From Bacteroidota bacterium (lineage in GTDB: Bacteria > Bacteroidota > Bacteroidia > Cytophagales > Cyclobacteriaceae), in NCBI GenBank assembly GCA_016178785.1, contig JACOSO010000026.1, positions 145,648-209,647 on the forward strand: DNA of 64,000 nt, given 5' to 3'. A program made the translations under genes and the position numbers. The notes below the pieces were generated by a model. That model saw only the letters and a program-made list of their open reading frames with translations. It was not told where the DNA came from and did no database searches. Below, piece by piece: positions 39,959 through 50,656 of the stretch; position 1 is the first letter of the stretch, and each line of letters opens with the position of its first letter.

Positions 39959-42160
39959 CTAAGTGTTTTGACTGTCTACAGGGATGGAGATTGTAAAAAT
40001 CGTCCCTTCTCCGAAAGTACTTGCAGCCGAAATATCACCATGAATTTTTGAGAGTGACTTTTTAGTAAGATAGAGGCCCACTCCATTTCCTTTCGATCGG
40101 TCAGTAGCCCTATAATACAAATCAAAGATTTGACTAAGATGTGTTTTATCGATTCCTATACCAGAATCCTCAACTGTTATTTTGACGAGCACGTTACTTT
40201 GATCAGCTGAAATTTTAATCCATGGCCTTGTTTCCTTATCGGGATTTCTGAATTGAATTGCATTCTCGATTAGATTTTGAAAAGCTACCATCAATAACGA
40301 AGGACTTGTTACGAACGAAACCGGGTCGCCCTCTTCATAGACAAAGTCAATGTTGTATTGCTTGAGCTGATCGCAGAATTTTTTTGAAGCTTCATAAACC
40401 ACATCTTTCAAAACTACTTTCTTTAAATCAACGGTAGGTTGGTTGATGCGATAAGCCATCTGTAGTTTGAAAAGCATGCTGTCCATACCACGGGCGGTGA
40501 TGGCCACATGCTCAAGAAGCTGAGCAGATTCCGCATTTTCGGCACGCGCCACATTTTCAAGTCCAAGCAAAGTGGCAATCGGCCTACGGATATCATGCGA
40601 TGCGTGATATAGAAAAGTGTCGAGCTCCTGGATTGTTTCCTGCAATTGCGATGTGCGTTCAGATACTTTACTTTCCAGATCCTGATTGCTCCTGCGAATG
40701 ATCTCGTTTTGCTGCAACAGAGTAAAACTTTGTGCTTCGAGTTCGGTATTTTTTTCTTCGATTTCTTCGTTCTGTTTTATTAAGGTGAGGCTTTGTGCCT
40801 CGAGTTCCGAATTTTTCCCTTCAATGTCTACGCGCTGCTCAGCAATGATGTCATTTTGTTTTTTGGCTTTGCGATAGCTGACAATGAAATAAAAAAGAAA
40901 GCAGACCACCAGAAATACGAATACAATCGAACCAAAAATCAATTTGCGCTGCGCATCAATTTCTTTTCTTTGCAGCTCATTATTTTCGGTCAAGAGGTGA
41001 ATTTCATTTTCCTTGCTTTCTAAATTATATCGAGTTTGAATCTGAGCCAGCTGCATTGTCTGATCTTTATTGTGGATCGAGTCACCAAGCTGCATCTGGA
41101 TCAATAGGAAATGATGCGCTTTTTCAAAATCCTTTATTAATGAATAATATTTTTCCTGGGCCCTTGCATAATACAGTCTCAACTGAGGCCTATCGGTTTT
41201 TGCAAGCCCGATAAATCGCGGAACGGAATCAAGTAATGACTTTGCAGCGTTTGTGTTATGAAGCTCAATGAAAATTTCTGCCAGTGAAATACAGGCAAAT
41301 CCCGCACTAGAATATTGATTGTAGGCAGTACTTATTCGCAAATCTTCCTGAACAAAAGGAATTGCGTCTTTGGGTTTACCCATCTTAAAAAGCATGTTGC
41401 CTTTGTTCCCGTTAACTAAGGCTATCCAAAATTGATTCTCTGATTCTTTGGCGAATTGAAGCGCCCGCTGAAACGCCTCTAAAGATTTGACCCAGTTTTT
41501 CATTTTGCTATGAGCAAGGGCAACGGTATTCCAACCACTCATAGCCGAAAATTTTAGATCACCTGAGGCCGAATCAGCCGGAACTTTCTCATAATTTTTG
41601 AGGAACGATTCAAAATCGATGACACAGTTGTTGTAATTGCCTGACTTATAGTTGATCGATACAGCCTGATAAAGCATAAGGGCTGTATTACTATAGTCTC
41701 TGCGCGTTTCAAAAATTCTTGACGCTTCGTATGAATATTTCAATCCCTCAGGCAGCACTTCATTTATGAAATAAACACCTGCCAAGCACCTCAAAGAAAA
41801 GGCGAGGTATTTCTGACTGTTTAGGTTCCCGGCTTGATCGTTTGCCTCCTTGTAAAAGCGGATTGCCCAAGCGGTCAGACTACGGTCTTGGTAAGAGCGT
41901 CCAATACTAAGGAGCGCTTCCATTTTATTTTCCGAAGCAGTCCCACTTAGCTTTTCAAAAATTTTAGGAGCAAGGAGTTCAACCTCTCCCATCTTCTTTC
42001 CATCCAACAGGTTCGTTACAGCATTGATGGCTGACCCAACATCTTGAGCCTGGTGAGAGACAATTACGGATAGCAGACTATCGATCTTAGACGGTTCTTG
42101 AGCAACAGAATGGGCAAATAGACCACAAAACAACAGTATGGCGACCGACTTTATTCTCAT
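39959..42160 (-). CDS. TPR-repeat sensor histidine kinase with internal coiled-coil tandem repeats
   Basis: Signal peptide, TPR units, TM, repeated NEEIEEKNTELEAQSFTL heptad-like units (DNA repeats near 40700-40860), H-box HASHDIRRP, HATPase_c. Confidence 0.8.
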   Translation of the reverse strand: MRIKSVAILLFCGLFAHSVAQEPSKIDSLLSVIVSHQAQDVGSAINAVTNLLDGKKMGEVELLAPKIFEKLSGTASENKMEALLSIGRSYQDRSLTAWAIRFYKEANDQAGNLNSQKYLAFSLRCLAGVYFINEVLPEGLKYSYEASRIFETRRDYSNTALMLYQAVSINYKSGNYNNCVIDFESFLKNYEKVPADSASGDLKFSAMSGWNTVALAHSKMKNWVKSLEAFQRALQFAKESENQFWIALVNGNKGNMLFKMGKPKDAIPFVQEDLRISTAYNQYSSAGFACISLAEIFIELHNTNAAKSLLDSVPRFIGLAKTDRPQLRLYYARAQEKYYSLIKDFEKAHHFLLIQMQLGDSIHNKDQTMQLAQIQTRYNLESKENEIHLLTENNELQRKEIDAQRKLIFGSIVFVFLVVCFLFYFIVSYRKAKKQNDIIAEQRVDIEGKNSELEAQSLTLIKQNEEIEEKNTELEAQSFTLLQQNEIIRRSNQDLESKVSERTSQLQETIQELDTFLYHASHDIRRPIATLLGLENVARAENAESAQLLEHVAITARGMDSMLFKLQMAYRINQPTVDLKKVVLKDVVYEASKKFCDQLKQYNIDFVYEEGDPVSFVTSPSLLMVAFQNLIENAIQFRNPDKETRPWIKISADQSNVLVKITVEDSGIGIDKTHLSQIFDLYYRATDRSKGNGVGLYLTKKSLSKIHGDISAASTFGEGTIFTISIPVDSQNT

Positions 42161-42307
42161 TTCAGGTTCATAGTCAAAGGTAAAAACATTTTGTTATCGG
42201 GTTTTTTCGGGAGGCTGTCATTTGATAGGCCAATCTTTTTTCAGAATTTATTTTGCGATGAATCAAAAGAATCTGTTAATTTTAAAGCATCCAAAACCAA
42301 ACCCTTT

Positions 42308-43051
42308 ATGGAAGAAACCGCTTTTGTCAATCAATGGGATAGCTGGATGGAGATGGGCTCAGTGGCCTGTGTGATCCTTGCCGTACTCATTTTGCTTTAC
42401 CATGAATTTAGGGTAATGCAAATCAGGGACTATAAGGAGAAATACGACTACGTAAACCTAAACGAAGTACGATTCTTCTGGTATGCCGTACTAGCCGTTG
42501 TTGTTGCTTTCGGCTTTTACGCCAATTCTATATACACTTATAAAATTGTTGAGCATAGGAGTATCTTGTGGTTCTATGTCAGACTCTTTATTACAATAAG
42601 TTTTGTGGTGATTGGCTATTTTGTGTTTTACAGTATGGTGCGCATTTACTATCCCCGCTATGTTGAAAAACGATTAGTAAAATTGCGTAACAAACCCAGA
42701 TTATCCCCTTCCGGAAATCAGATGCGCAAACTTTCGGAAGAAGAAGAAGATGCTCACCTCGATGCACAACAGATAGCTGAAGAAGCAAGTGGCATCCACT
42801 CCATCGACTATGATGTATGGATTGATGAAAAGACGGGCCATAAGAAGATTGAAAAATATGAGAGCTACTTGCACGCGGAGCAGTGCCCTGAGTGCGGCTT
42901 CTTCACCTTTAAGATCACCAAAGAAGAAATTGAGGTAAAACCAACCCAAACAGAAAGTGGTTTACTCCTTAAGCACTACCAATGTGACTATTGCAGCCAT
43001 CGAGAGGCTCGCGAAACGAGACTCTCTGCATTAGCCAAAAATGTCGCCTGA
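42308..43051 (+). CDS. hypothetical membrane protein with C-terminal zinc-ribbon
   Basis: Three predicted TM helices, then CPECGFF...CDYCSH (C-x2-C...C-x2-C). ATG at 42308 preferred over the TTG at 42191. Confidence 0.5.
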   Translation: MEETAFVNQWDSWMEMGSVACVILAVLILLYHEFRVMQIRDYKEKYDYVNLNEVRFFWYAVLAVVVAFGFYANSIYTYKIVEHRSILWFYVRLFITISFVVIGYFVFYSMVRIYYPRYVEKRLVKLRNKPRLSPSGNQMRKLSEEEEDAHLDAQQIAEEASGIHSIDYDVWIDEKTGHKKIEKYESYLHAEQCPECGFFTFKITKEEIEVKPTQTESGLLLKHYQCDYCSHREARETRLSALAKNVA

Positions 43052-43073
43052 TATTCTTAAAAGATTTAATAAA

Positions 43074-43106
43074 GGCCCTGACACATCGTCAGGGCTTTTT
43101 TATTTT
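43074..43106 (+). terminator. rho-independent terminator
   Basis: ggccctgacacatcgtcagggc perfect stem-loop immediately followed by ttttttatttt. Confidence 0.65.
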
Positions 43107-43130
43107 CTTTGACTTTTTAAATTCAGTGCA

Positions 43131-43943
43131 TTGAACAACAAACCAGAAAATCCTATCGGGATATTTGACAGCGGCATAGGTGGGCTAACGGTTGCTCACG
43201 CAATTCGTGAGCTCATGCCTCACGAAAACATGGTCTATTTTGGCGACACAGCCCATCTTCCTTATGGCGATAAATCTGAGGCAGCCATTCAGGCCTATTC
43301 TGTAAAAATCGCAAACGTACTGTTGCAAAAAGGCTGTAAAGTGATCGTGATTGCCTGTCACTCAGCAAGCTCAGCGGCATATGAGTTGCTAAAGGAATAC
43401 GTTCGCCATGAAGCGCTCGTAATAAATGTGATCGATCCAATGGTTGATTATGTGGCAAGAAATTTTCCCGGAGGCGTAATTGGCCTCATCGGTACAAAGC
43501 GAACCGTTCAATCAGATGTGTATTCTAAAAAATTCCGTGAGCACGATAAAAAAATTTCGGTACATGCTTTGGCTACCCCTCTGCTTGCTCCGATGATTGA
43601 AGAAGGTTTTTTTAATAACCAGATCAGCCGTGAAATCATTGCTCAATACCTTTCGGACCCGCTCTTGGGCAAACCCGATGCTTTGATCTTAGGATGCACT
43701 CATTATCCATTGATCAAGAAAGAAATTGATGAATACTATGGAAGCTTGGTGAAGATACTGGACTCTTCTTTGGTGGCGGCTCAATCTTTACATTCTTATC
43801 TGGCGGAAAAGGGATTGCTCAACAATTCGCCCAGGCCGGAAAGCCACTTTTATGTTTCAGACTATACCGAGTCATTTGAGGCTTCTACGCGTTTGTTTTT
43901 TGGTGAAAATGTGCACTTGGAGAGCCACAGATTGTGGAATTGA
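43131..43943 (+). CDS. murI: glutamate racemase
   Basis: PIGIFDSGIGGLTV N-terminus and GCTHYP second catalytic Cys motif. Apparent TTG start. Confidence 0.85.
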   Translation: MNNKPENPIGIFDSGIGGLTVAHAIRELMPHENMVYFGDTAHLPYGDKSEAAIQAYSVKIANVLLQKGCKVIVIACHSASSAAYELLKEYVRHEALVINVIDPMVDYVARNFPGGVIGLIGTKRTVQSDVYSKKFREHDKKISVHALATPLLAPMIEEGFFNNQISREIIAQYLSDPLLGKPDALILGCTHYPLIKKEIDEYYGSLVKILDSSLVAAQSLHSYLAEKGLLNNSPRPESHFYVSDYTESFEASTRLFFGENVHLESHRLWN

Positions 43944-44115
43944 CCTTTTGATCAAAACCCCTTGCATGTAGGGTATTTGACAATACTTGCATTTTATGCA
44001 AAGTCATAAATTGTACATTTACCTGCTATGGGTTAATGCAGATACTTAAGGAAAGATTTTAACCTTCATTTTGTCTGTATTATTTAATTTGTGCATTTTG
44101 GAAAATGGCTTTAAC

Positions 44116-46140
44116 ATGATGCAACGCAAATCAATCGTATTCACCCTCTTCTTTTTTGCCTCTATCGTTCTGGCGAAAGCTCAAAACATCGATAGTTTGG
44201 AGAGCAAACTGCGTAGTGGTTTGAATGACTCCCTTAGACTGCGCACACTGCTTAGGCTCGCCAATGCCTATCGAGCAATTGATTTAAAAAAATCATTTGA
44301 GTTTGCTGAAAAGGCAACTCATATAGCAGATGAAAAAAACTTGCTTTGGGGAAAAGCCGCCAGTTATTTTACGCTCGCCCGATTTCACAGCCTTAGCGGA
44401 GATTTCAGATCATCTGCCAAATACAATGATCTCGCCCTAAACATAAGCTTTCAGCTAAGGGATACCAGCAGAATGACATCTTGCTACAATAATCTTGGGC
44501 TTAACTATTCTAACTTTGGCAAATACGATGAAGCCTACTTCTATTTCACACAAAGCTATCAACTCGCTATTGCTAAGAAGGATTCTGCAGGAATGGCTGT
44601 CGCATTGCACAACATGGCGAGTGTGTTTAAAGAACTGGGGCAGTACGATCGCGCTTTAGATTATTTACGTCACACTCAAAAAATAAGTGACGGCATCAAA
44701 GACTACGAAGGTAAAGCATACAATTTCGATGAGATCGGGGACATCTACCGGAGGAGAGGACAATATGATTCTGCACTAAAAGCCCTTCGCGTTTCGTTGA
44801 AGGTAGCCCGGGAGCTTAAGTTGAATGCCAATGATCTTGAAACAGAAACACTCAGTAAAATAGCCAAAACTTTTTTAGCCAAAAATGATAATGCCAACGC
44901 CCTGGCTTATTATGACACTGCCTATGCTCTTTATAAAAAGACCGACAATCAGTTTGGCCTTGCACAGGTTGATCTGGGGAGAGCCAAAGTTTATTTAAAA
45001 GAAAGGAAGTTTGGCCAAGCGCTCAAGCTGATGGAGGGCAGTGCTGCCACTGCTCGTCAAACTAACTCCTGGTCTCTGGAAATAGAATGCTATGAAAATC
45101 TTGCCGCCTTGTACGAGCAGCAGGGAGACCTCAAAAAATCTCTAAGCTTCTATAAGCAGTACAAGCAGTTGGAAGATAGCCTGTTTAGTCAAGGTATGCA
45201 GGCGAAGTTATTGCAAGATCAGGTGCGTTTTGAAACCGCCTCAAAAGAGGATCAGATTAAAACACTTACAAAACTGGAGGAGATGCGCAAGGACGAATTG
45301 AAGAAGCAAGGATTGGTGCGCAATATTTTAGTCGTGGCCGTAGCGCTAACCGTGATATTGTTGTTCAATGTGTACCGAAGCGGACAGCGGAGAATTCGCA
45401 TTAACAAACTCTTGATGGAGCATCAGGAGGAAGTGAAAAAGCGAAGCAAGGAACTTGAGCAACTCAATGAAGTAAAAGATAAATTCTTCTCAATTATCTC
45501 TCACGATTTACGTTCACCGATGAATGCCCTTTCGGGGATTTTGGATTTGATGGACAGCGACAGGATCAAACCCGAGGAGTTTTCTAGATTGAACAAAGAA
45601 TTGCGCAAGCAGTTTGATCACACCAAGACATTGATCAACAACCTCCTCGACTGGGCGTTGCTGCAGATGGACAAATTAAAACTGCAGCCAGATAAATTTG
45701 ACCTTCAAAAATTAGTGGATGAGAATTTTAGACTGCTAAGCTCACTCCATTTAAAACAAGTAAATACCGTCAACCAGATTGCCCCTCAAACATTTGGGTT
45801 TGGTGATTTGAATATGGTGAACCTGGTGCTCCGAAACCTGATTCTCAACGGGATTAAGTTTACCGAAAACGGAGGTTCAATTGAAGTGGCCTCACGTGAA
45901 GTTGGAAATGAGCTCGTTGTTTCTGTAAAAGATACCGGCATCGGTATCAGCCCCGATGTGCAAAAAATACTATTTAATAAAACAGCCGGGTACACTACGC
46001 GCGGAACTGCCAACGAAAAGGGTACTGGCCTGGGGCTGATCCTTTGTAAAGAGTTTGTTGAGAAAAATGGTGGAAGGATTTGGTTAGAGAGTCAAATGGG
46101 CAAGGGCAGCACGTTTTATTTCACCATCAAGAAAGGTTGA
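44116..46140 (+). CDS. TPR-repeat sensor histidine kinase (no adjacent response regulator)
   Basis: Signal peptide, TPR units, TM, H-box SHDLRSPMNAL, HATPase_c (DTGIGIS, GTGLGLILCKE). Paralogous architecture to 22779-24860 and 39959-42160. Confidence 0.8.
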   Translation: MMQRKSIVFTLFFFASIVLAKAQNIDSLESKLRSGLNDSLRLRTLLRLANAYRAIDLKKSFEFAEKATHIADEKNLLWGKAASYFTLARFHSLSGDFRSSAKYNDLALNISFQLRDTSRMTSCYNNLGLNYSNFGKYDEAYFYFTQSYQLAIAKKDSAGMAVALHNMASVFKELGQYDRALDYLRHTQKISDGIKDYEGKAYNFDEIGDIYRRRGQYDSALKALRVSLKVARELKLNANDLETETLSKIAKTFLAKNDNANALAYYDTAYALYKKTDNQFGLAQVDLGRAKVYLKERKFGQALKLMEGSAATARQTNSWSLEIECYENLAALYEQQGDLKKSLSFYKQYKQLEDSLFSQGMQAKLLQDQVRFETASKEDQIKTLTKLEEMRKDELKKQGLVRNILVVAVALTVILLFNVYRSGQRRIRINKLLMEHQEEVKKRSKELEQLNEVKDKFFSIISHDLRSPMNALSGILDLMDSDRIKPEEFSRLNKELRKQFDHTKTLINNLLDWALLQMDKLKLQPDKFDLQKLVDENFRLLSSLHLKQVNTVNQIAPQTFGFGDLNMVNLVLRNLILNGIKFTENGGSIEVASREVGNELVVSVKDTGIGISPDVQKILFNKTAGYTTRGTANEKGTGLGLILCKEFVEKNGGRIWLESQMGKGSTFYFTIKKG

Positions 46141-46147
46141 ACCCCGG

Positions 46148-46465
46148 CTAAGGAGCTAGCCTCACTACAATTCCATCGATTTCTTCCCTAATTCTGATCT
46201 GGCAGCCAAGTCGGCTGTTGTCTTTCACATGAAAAGCTTGATCTAACATAGCTAGCTCAGCATCGCTCTGTTCTGGCAAGGCAGTATCAGATTCCAAATA
46301 CATTTGACAAGAAGCGCACAAGGCCATTCCCCCACATGTACCTTCTACCGGAAGCTCATGAGCTTTACAAACTTCCATCATGTTCATGTTCATGTCGGTG
46401 GGTGCATCGAGCAGGTGAGTTTTTCCATCGCGATCAATCACCGTTACCTTGATCATGTTTTCCAT
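46148..46465 (-). CDS. 2Fe-2S ferredoxin (adrenodoxin-type)
   Basis: C-x5-C-x2-C...C cluster ligands (CGGMALCASCQ...C). 105 aa. Confidence 0.85.
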   Translation of the reverse strand: MENMIKVTVIDRDGKTHLLDAPTDMNMNMMEVCKAHELPVEGTCGGMALCASCQMYLESDTALPEQSDAELAMLDQAFHVKDNSRLGCQIRIREEIDGIVVRLAP

Positions 46466-46500
46466 TTTCTATAATTCAGTTGACAAAAGTTAAATTGTCT

Positions 46501-47514
46501 TTAAAATCCGCTTACTCCATTCACTGTAGTGTACTTCAGCACGTTCTTTTTATTAGGATGGATCTTTGCAAATGCAGATTGCACTGCCAATGTTCCCTCA
46601 TGAAATCCACACAAGATCAATTTCAATTTACCAGGATACGTATTAATGTCACCAACAGCGAAAACTCCTTTGCGGTTGGTTGAATAATCGAGCGTGTTTA
46701 CTTTCACAGCATTCTTTTCGATTTCCAAATTCCAATCTGCCAACGGGCCGAGGCTCGGTGTCAATCCAAACAGCGGCACAAAATGATCAGCCTCTTTTAC
46801 AATGTCGCCCAAATTGGCGTGCTTGATCACTACCGACCCCACATGACCATTTCCATTTGAATTAATACCCACCACTTCAGATTCAGTAATCAATTCTATC
46901 GCCCCTGCGTTGGCCATGTCCATCACTTTCTGAACAGAATCCAAATGTCCGCGGAAAGAAGTTCTTCGATGGACGAGCGCCAGGCTTTTCACAATTTTAT
47001 TTTCGATCAAATAAATTGTCCAGTCCAGGGCTGAATCACCTCCGCCAGAAATCACTACGCGCTTGTTCCGATAAAATTCGGGGTCGCGAACTATGTATTC
47101 CACTCCTTTGTCTTCAAACTTATCGAGGTTTTCGATCGGAGGCTTTCGGGGTTCAAATACACCAAGTCCACCGGCAATGATCACCGTGGGCGCCTTATGT
47201 TTCATTCCTTTGTTGGTGGTAACTATGAAATGATTTTCAACTTCATCTAAAGTGAGTGCTGTTTCGCCCAGAGTAAACCCAGGCTTGAATACCTCGATCT
47301 GTTTCATTAGGTTATCTACCAATTCTCCTGCATTTACAATTGGAAAGCCCGGGATATCGTAAATCGGTTTTTTCGGATAGATTTCGATCAACTGGCCGCC
47401 AGGCACTGGAAGCGAATCAATCAGGTGGCACCTTAATTTTAGCAATCCAGCTTCAAAAACAGTGAAAAGCCCAACTGGCCCCGCACCAATGACAATAATA
47501 TCGGTTTCAATCAT
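46501..47514 (-). CDS. ferredoxin--NADP+ reductase (thioredoxin-reductase-like, two FAD/NAD(P) Rossmann domains)
   Basis: GAGPVG and GGGDSA dinucleotide-binding motifs. YpdA/FNR type 2 family. Adjacent to the ferredoxin gene. Confidence 0.8.
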   Translation of the reverse strand: MIETDIIVIGAGPVGLFTVFEAGLLKLRCHLIDSLPVPGGQLIEIYPKKPIYDIPGFPIVNAGELVDNLMKQIEVFKPGFTLGETALTLDEVENHFIVTTNKGMKHKAPTVIIAGGLGVFEPRKPPIENLDKFEDKGVEYIVRDPEFYRNKRVVISGGGDSALDWTIYLIENKIVKSLALVHRRTSFRGHLDSVQKVMDMANAGAIELITESEVVGINSNGNGHVGSVVIKHANLGDIVKEADHFVPLFGLTPSLGPLADWNLEIEKNAVKVNTLDYSTNRKGVFAVGDINTYPGKLKLILCGFHEGTLAVQSAFAKIHPNKKNVLKYTTVNGVSGF

Positions 47515-47540
47515 ATCCCAAATAATCCGCGAAAATAGCT

Positions 47541-47615
47541 AAAAGTCTATAGTCCTTAGCCAATAGTCCATCGTAAAACCAAATACCATCGACTATGAAC
47601 CATAGACCGTGGACT
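47541..47615. repeat. REP-like intergenic element related to the one at 36059-36117
   Basis: ctatagtccttagccaatagtccatcgtaaaaccaaataccatcgactatgaaccatagaccgtggactaac shares the words tagtccat, ccatcgactatg and gactaa(a)c with the 36-kb element. Lies in the divergent FNR/purF promoter region. Confidence 0.4.
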
Positions 47616-47733
47616 AACAAACTATTTAAATTAACTTTGTGTTGAAATTGGCATTGGGTATTAGGCATCAGGCATTTTGGGACTGATACCCTCGTTTTTT
47701 TAATAATGCCCAATTCCCAATGCCTAAAAACTT

Positions 47734-49611
47734 ATGAGTGACAACATCCTTCACGAATGTGGCATTGCCCTCATTCGTTTGCGAAAGCCCCTCTCCTATT
47801 ACATTGAAAAGTATGGCTCTACCTACGCCATGAACAAGATGTACATCCTCATGGAGAAGCAGCACAACCGTGGGCAGGATGGTGCGGGGATTGCCAACAT
47901 AAAAATTGATCAAAGGCCGGGATTTAGATTTTTTAGTCGTTATCGTTCCATCAAAGCGCAGCCCGTAGCGCATCTATTTAAAAAAATAGCAAAAAAATAC
48001 AAAAAGGCACAAAAGGAGGGTAAGGCGAAATTTCGCGATGAGCAATGGCTGAAAGAACACCTTGCATTTTCAGGTGAACTTTGGCTTGGCCATTTGCGCT
48101 ATGGTACGCACGGTATTAACAATATCGAAAGCGTACATCCTTTCTTGCGACAAAATAACTGGCGCAGCCGCAACCTGGTGATGGCGGGCAACTTCAACAT
48201 GACCAATGTGGAAGAGCTTTTCAACGTACTCGTTGATCTTGGCCAGCACCCCAAAGAAAAAGTGGACACCGTTACCGTGATGGAAAAAATCGGCCACTTT
48301 CTGGATGTAGAAGTCCAGGAGCTTTTTGAAAAGTATAAAGATCAGTTCACCAACAGAGAAGTCTCAGACATCATTGAAACCGAACTTGATCTTAAGCGGG
48401 TACTGAGACGTGCATGCAAAGATTTTGATGGAGGTTACGCGATGGCCGGAATGACTGGCTCAGGTTCTGCATTTGTAGTGCGCGATCCGTCTGGCATTCG
48501 TCCGGCATTTTTTTACGCTGATGATGAAATTGTAGTGGTTGCGTCTGAAAAGCAGGCCATTAAAACAGCCTTCAATGTTGCCTATGGTGACATCGAAGAA
48601 GTTCAACGAGGCCATGCGTTGATCATCAACAAGAGCGGGGACTTTTCTCAGCAGCAAATCATTGCTCCACTCGAAAGAAATTCGTGCAGCTTTGAACGGA
48701 TTTATTTTTCGCGGGGCAATGATCCCGATATCTATAGGGAGCGCAAACAACTTGGTCGATTGCTCGTACCCCAGGTTTTAAAGTCGATTAACTTCGATTT
48801 GAAAAATACGGTCTTCTCCTATATCCCCAACACAGCCGAGACTGCATTTCTTGGCCTAATGGAGGGCATTCAGGATTATCTCGTCAGCAAACAGAAAGAT
48901 ATCATCGTTGATGGCAAACCATCTGTGGATTCATTGGAAGAAATTTTGTCGTTTCGCCCACGTGTTGAGAAAATCGTAATTAAGGACGTGAAGCTGCGCA
49001 CATTCATTACCGATGATGATCATCGCGATGAATTGGTGGCGCATGTTTATGATACCACTTACGAGGTGGTGAACAAAGGCAAAGATACTTTAGTTGTAAT
49101 TGACGATTCCATCGTTCGCGGCACTACTCTTGAAAAAAGCATTTTGAAAATGCTCGACCGGCTTAGCCCGAAAAAAATTGTGGTCGTTTCATCAGCTCCG
49201 CAAATTCGTTTCCCAGATTGCTATGGCATTGACATGAGCAAGATGGGCGATTTTGTTGCTTTCCGCGCTATGGTTCAATTAGTCAAGGAGCAAGGAAAAG
49301 ATTATTTGCTTGGAGAAATCTATGAGCAGTGCCGCTCGATGAATGATGGCTCTGAAAATTTTGTCAAGAAACTTTACAAACTATTCACACCCGAAGAGAT
49401 CTCTGAAAAAATTGCAGACATTGTTCGCCCCGAGGGAATGAATGCAGAAATAGAGGTTGTGTTTCAGACGATCGAAAATCTTCACAAGGCAATTCCCAAC
49501 CACACCGGAGATTGGTATTTCACGGGTAATTTCCCTACTGCAGGCGGTATGAAGGTAGCCAACCAATCATACATGAACTATATGGACGGAAAATTGGTGC
49601 GGGCATACTGA
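47734..49611 (+). CDS. purF: amidophosphoribosyltransferase (long Bacteroidetes-type)
   Basis: Class-II glutamine amidotransferase N-terminus with Cys (HECGIALIRL), PRTase domain later (VVIDDSIVRGTT). 625 aa. Confidence 0.8.
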   Translation: MSDNILHECGIALIRLRKPLSYYIEKYGSTYAMNKMYILMEKQHNRGQDGAGIANIKIDQRPGFRFFSRYRSIKAQPVAHLFKKIAKKYKKAQKEGKAKFRDEQWLKEHLAFSGELWLGHLRYGTHGINNIESVHPFLRQNNWRSRNLVMAGNFNMTNVEELFNVLVDLGQHPKEKVDTVTVMEKIGHFLDVEVQELFEKYKDQFTNREVSDIIETELDLKRVLRRACKDFDGGYAMAGMTGSGSAFVVRDPSGIRPAFFYADDEIVVVASEKQAIKTAFNVAYGDIEEVQRGHALIINKSGDFSQQQIIAPLERNSCSFERIYFSRGNDPDIYRERKQLGRLLVPQVLKSINFDLKNTVFSYIPNTAETAFLGLMEGIQDYLVSKQKDIIVDGKPSVDSLEEILSFRPRVEKIVIKDVKLRTFITDDDHRDELVAHVYDTTYEVVNKGKDTLVVIDDSIVRGTTLEKSILKMLDRLSPKKIVVVSSAPQIRFPDCYGIDMSKMGDFVAFRAMVQLVKEQGKDYLLGEIYEQCRSMNDGSENFVKKLYKLFTPEEISEKIADIVRPEGMNAEIEVVFQTIENLHKAIPNHTGDWYFTGNFPTAGGMKVANQSYMNYMDGKLVRAY

Positions 49612-50577
49612 TTACTTCAAAAGAAAATCAAACGTCATTTCATTCATGCATTTGAAGTGTCCTTTGGGACATTTTTGATATCCTATTTTTGAGCATGGTC
49701 GGCAGTCTATCTTATTATTTTCAAGCGAAATGTACTTCGTTCGGTAAGGATACATCCCGAAAGCCGGAATTGTATTTCCCCAGATGGTGTATACTTCCTT
49801 TTTCAATGCTGCAGCAATATGCATCAACCCCGTATCATGCGAGAAGATGACATCTGATTTTCGCACAATGTCGGCCGATTGATTAAGATTGAATTTTCCG
49901 CAAGCATTGAAAATGATTCTGGAATTTCTATTCTCGAATGCCTTACGGACTTGCTCTGCATTTTCAAAATCTTCTTTACCCCCCAGTAAAATAATCGGTC
50001 GGTTAATTTTTTTGCACAGCTCGATCATTCTAACAATCGGAAGCTTTTTTGTTTCGTGCTGTGCCCCTATTGCATAAGCCACAAACCCATCGCGATGCGT
50101 TTCAGGAAACCATTCCCATGGTACTTCATCCTTCTCGGGAATGAAATAATCCAGGCCAAGTGCATCGTTTTTAACGCCCAGTGATTTTGCAGTTTCCAAA
50201 TAGCGATCAACAATGTGCACATCAGGCAGCTTGTTGATTTTGAAATTGACCATTAGCCACTTTTCAATATTCAGCTTGTTGAAACTGTAAGAACGAACCC
50301 CAAGCTTCCATTTCAAAATCCGGGTGCGCAGGTTGTTATGCAGGTCCAGTACCACATCGTAGTTTTCCTTTTTTAGTTCGGTTGTTAATTCATTAAGGTC
50401 TTCCTTAAACAAAAAGACTTTATCGATGTACGGATTGCTTTCTAAAATGGATTGATATTGACTTTTAGTTGCGTAGTGAACTTCCACATTTTCTAATTGT
50501 GTTTTAATGCATCGAGGTACCGGTGTGGTGAGCACAATGTCTCCTATAGAGGAAAACCGAACAATCAGAATCTTCAT
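49612..50577 (-). CDS. glycosyltransferase family 9 (ADP-heptose:LPS heptosyltransferase-like)
   Basis: MKILIVRFSSIGDIVLTTP N-terminus typical of GT9 heptosyltransferases. Start set at the conserved MKIL. Confidence 0.8.
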   Translation of the reverse strand: MKILIVRFSSIGDIVLTTPVPRCIKTQLENVEVHYATKSQYQSILESNPYIDKVFLFKEDLNELTTELKKENYDVVLDLHNNLRTRILKWKLGVRSYSFNKLNIEKWLMVNFKINKLPDVHIVDRYLETAKSLGVKNDALGLDYFIPEKDEVPWEWFPETHRDGFVAYAIGAQHETKKLPIVRMIELCKKINRPIILLGGKEDFENAEQVRKAFENRNSRIIFNACGKFNLNQSADIVRKSDVIFSHDTGLMHIAAALKKEVYTIWGNTIPAFGMYPYRTKYISLENNKIDCRPCSKIGYQKCPKGHFKCMNEMTFDFLLK

Positions 50578-50656
50578 TAAAAAAATTTCTTGGTGTTTCA
50601 AAAATACCAAATTACTTTTTTGTGCTATCTTTCTTTTATCAACTAAAACCAAACAA

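Noticed and set aside
43960-44040. Short palindromes (cttgcat/atgcaa) upstream of the 44-kb histidine kinase considered as a regulator binding site
   Set aside because: Only 6-bp arms in AT-rich DNA. Indistinguishable from chance by eye.
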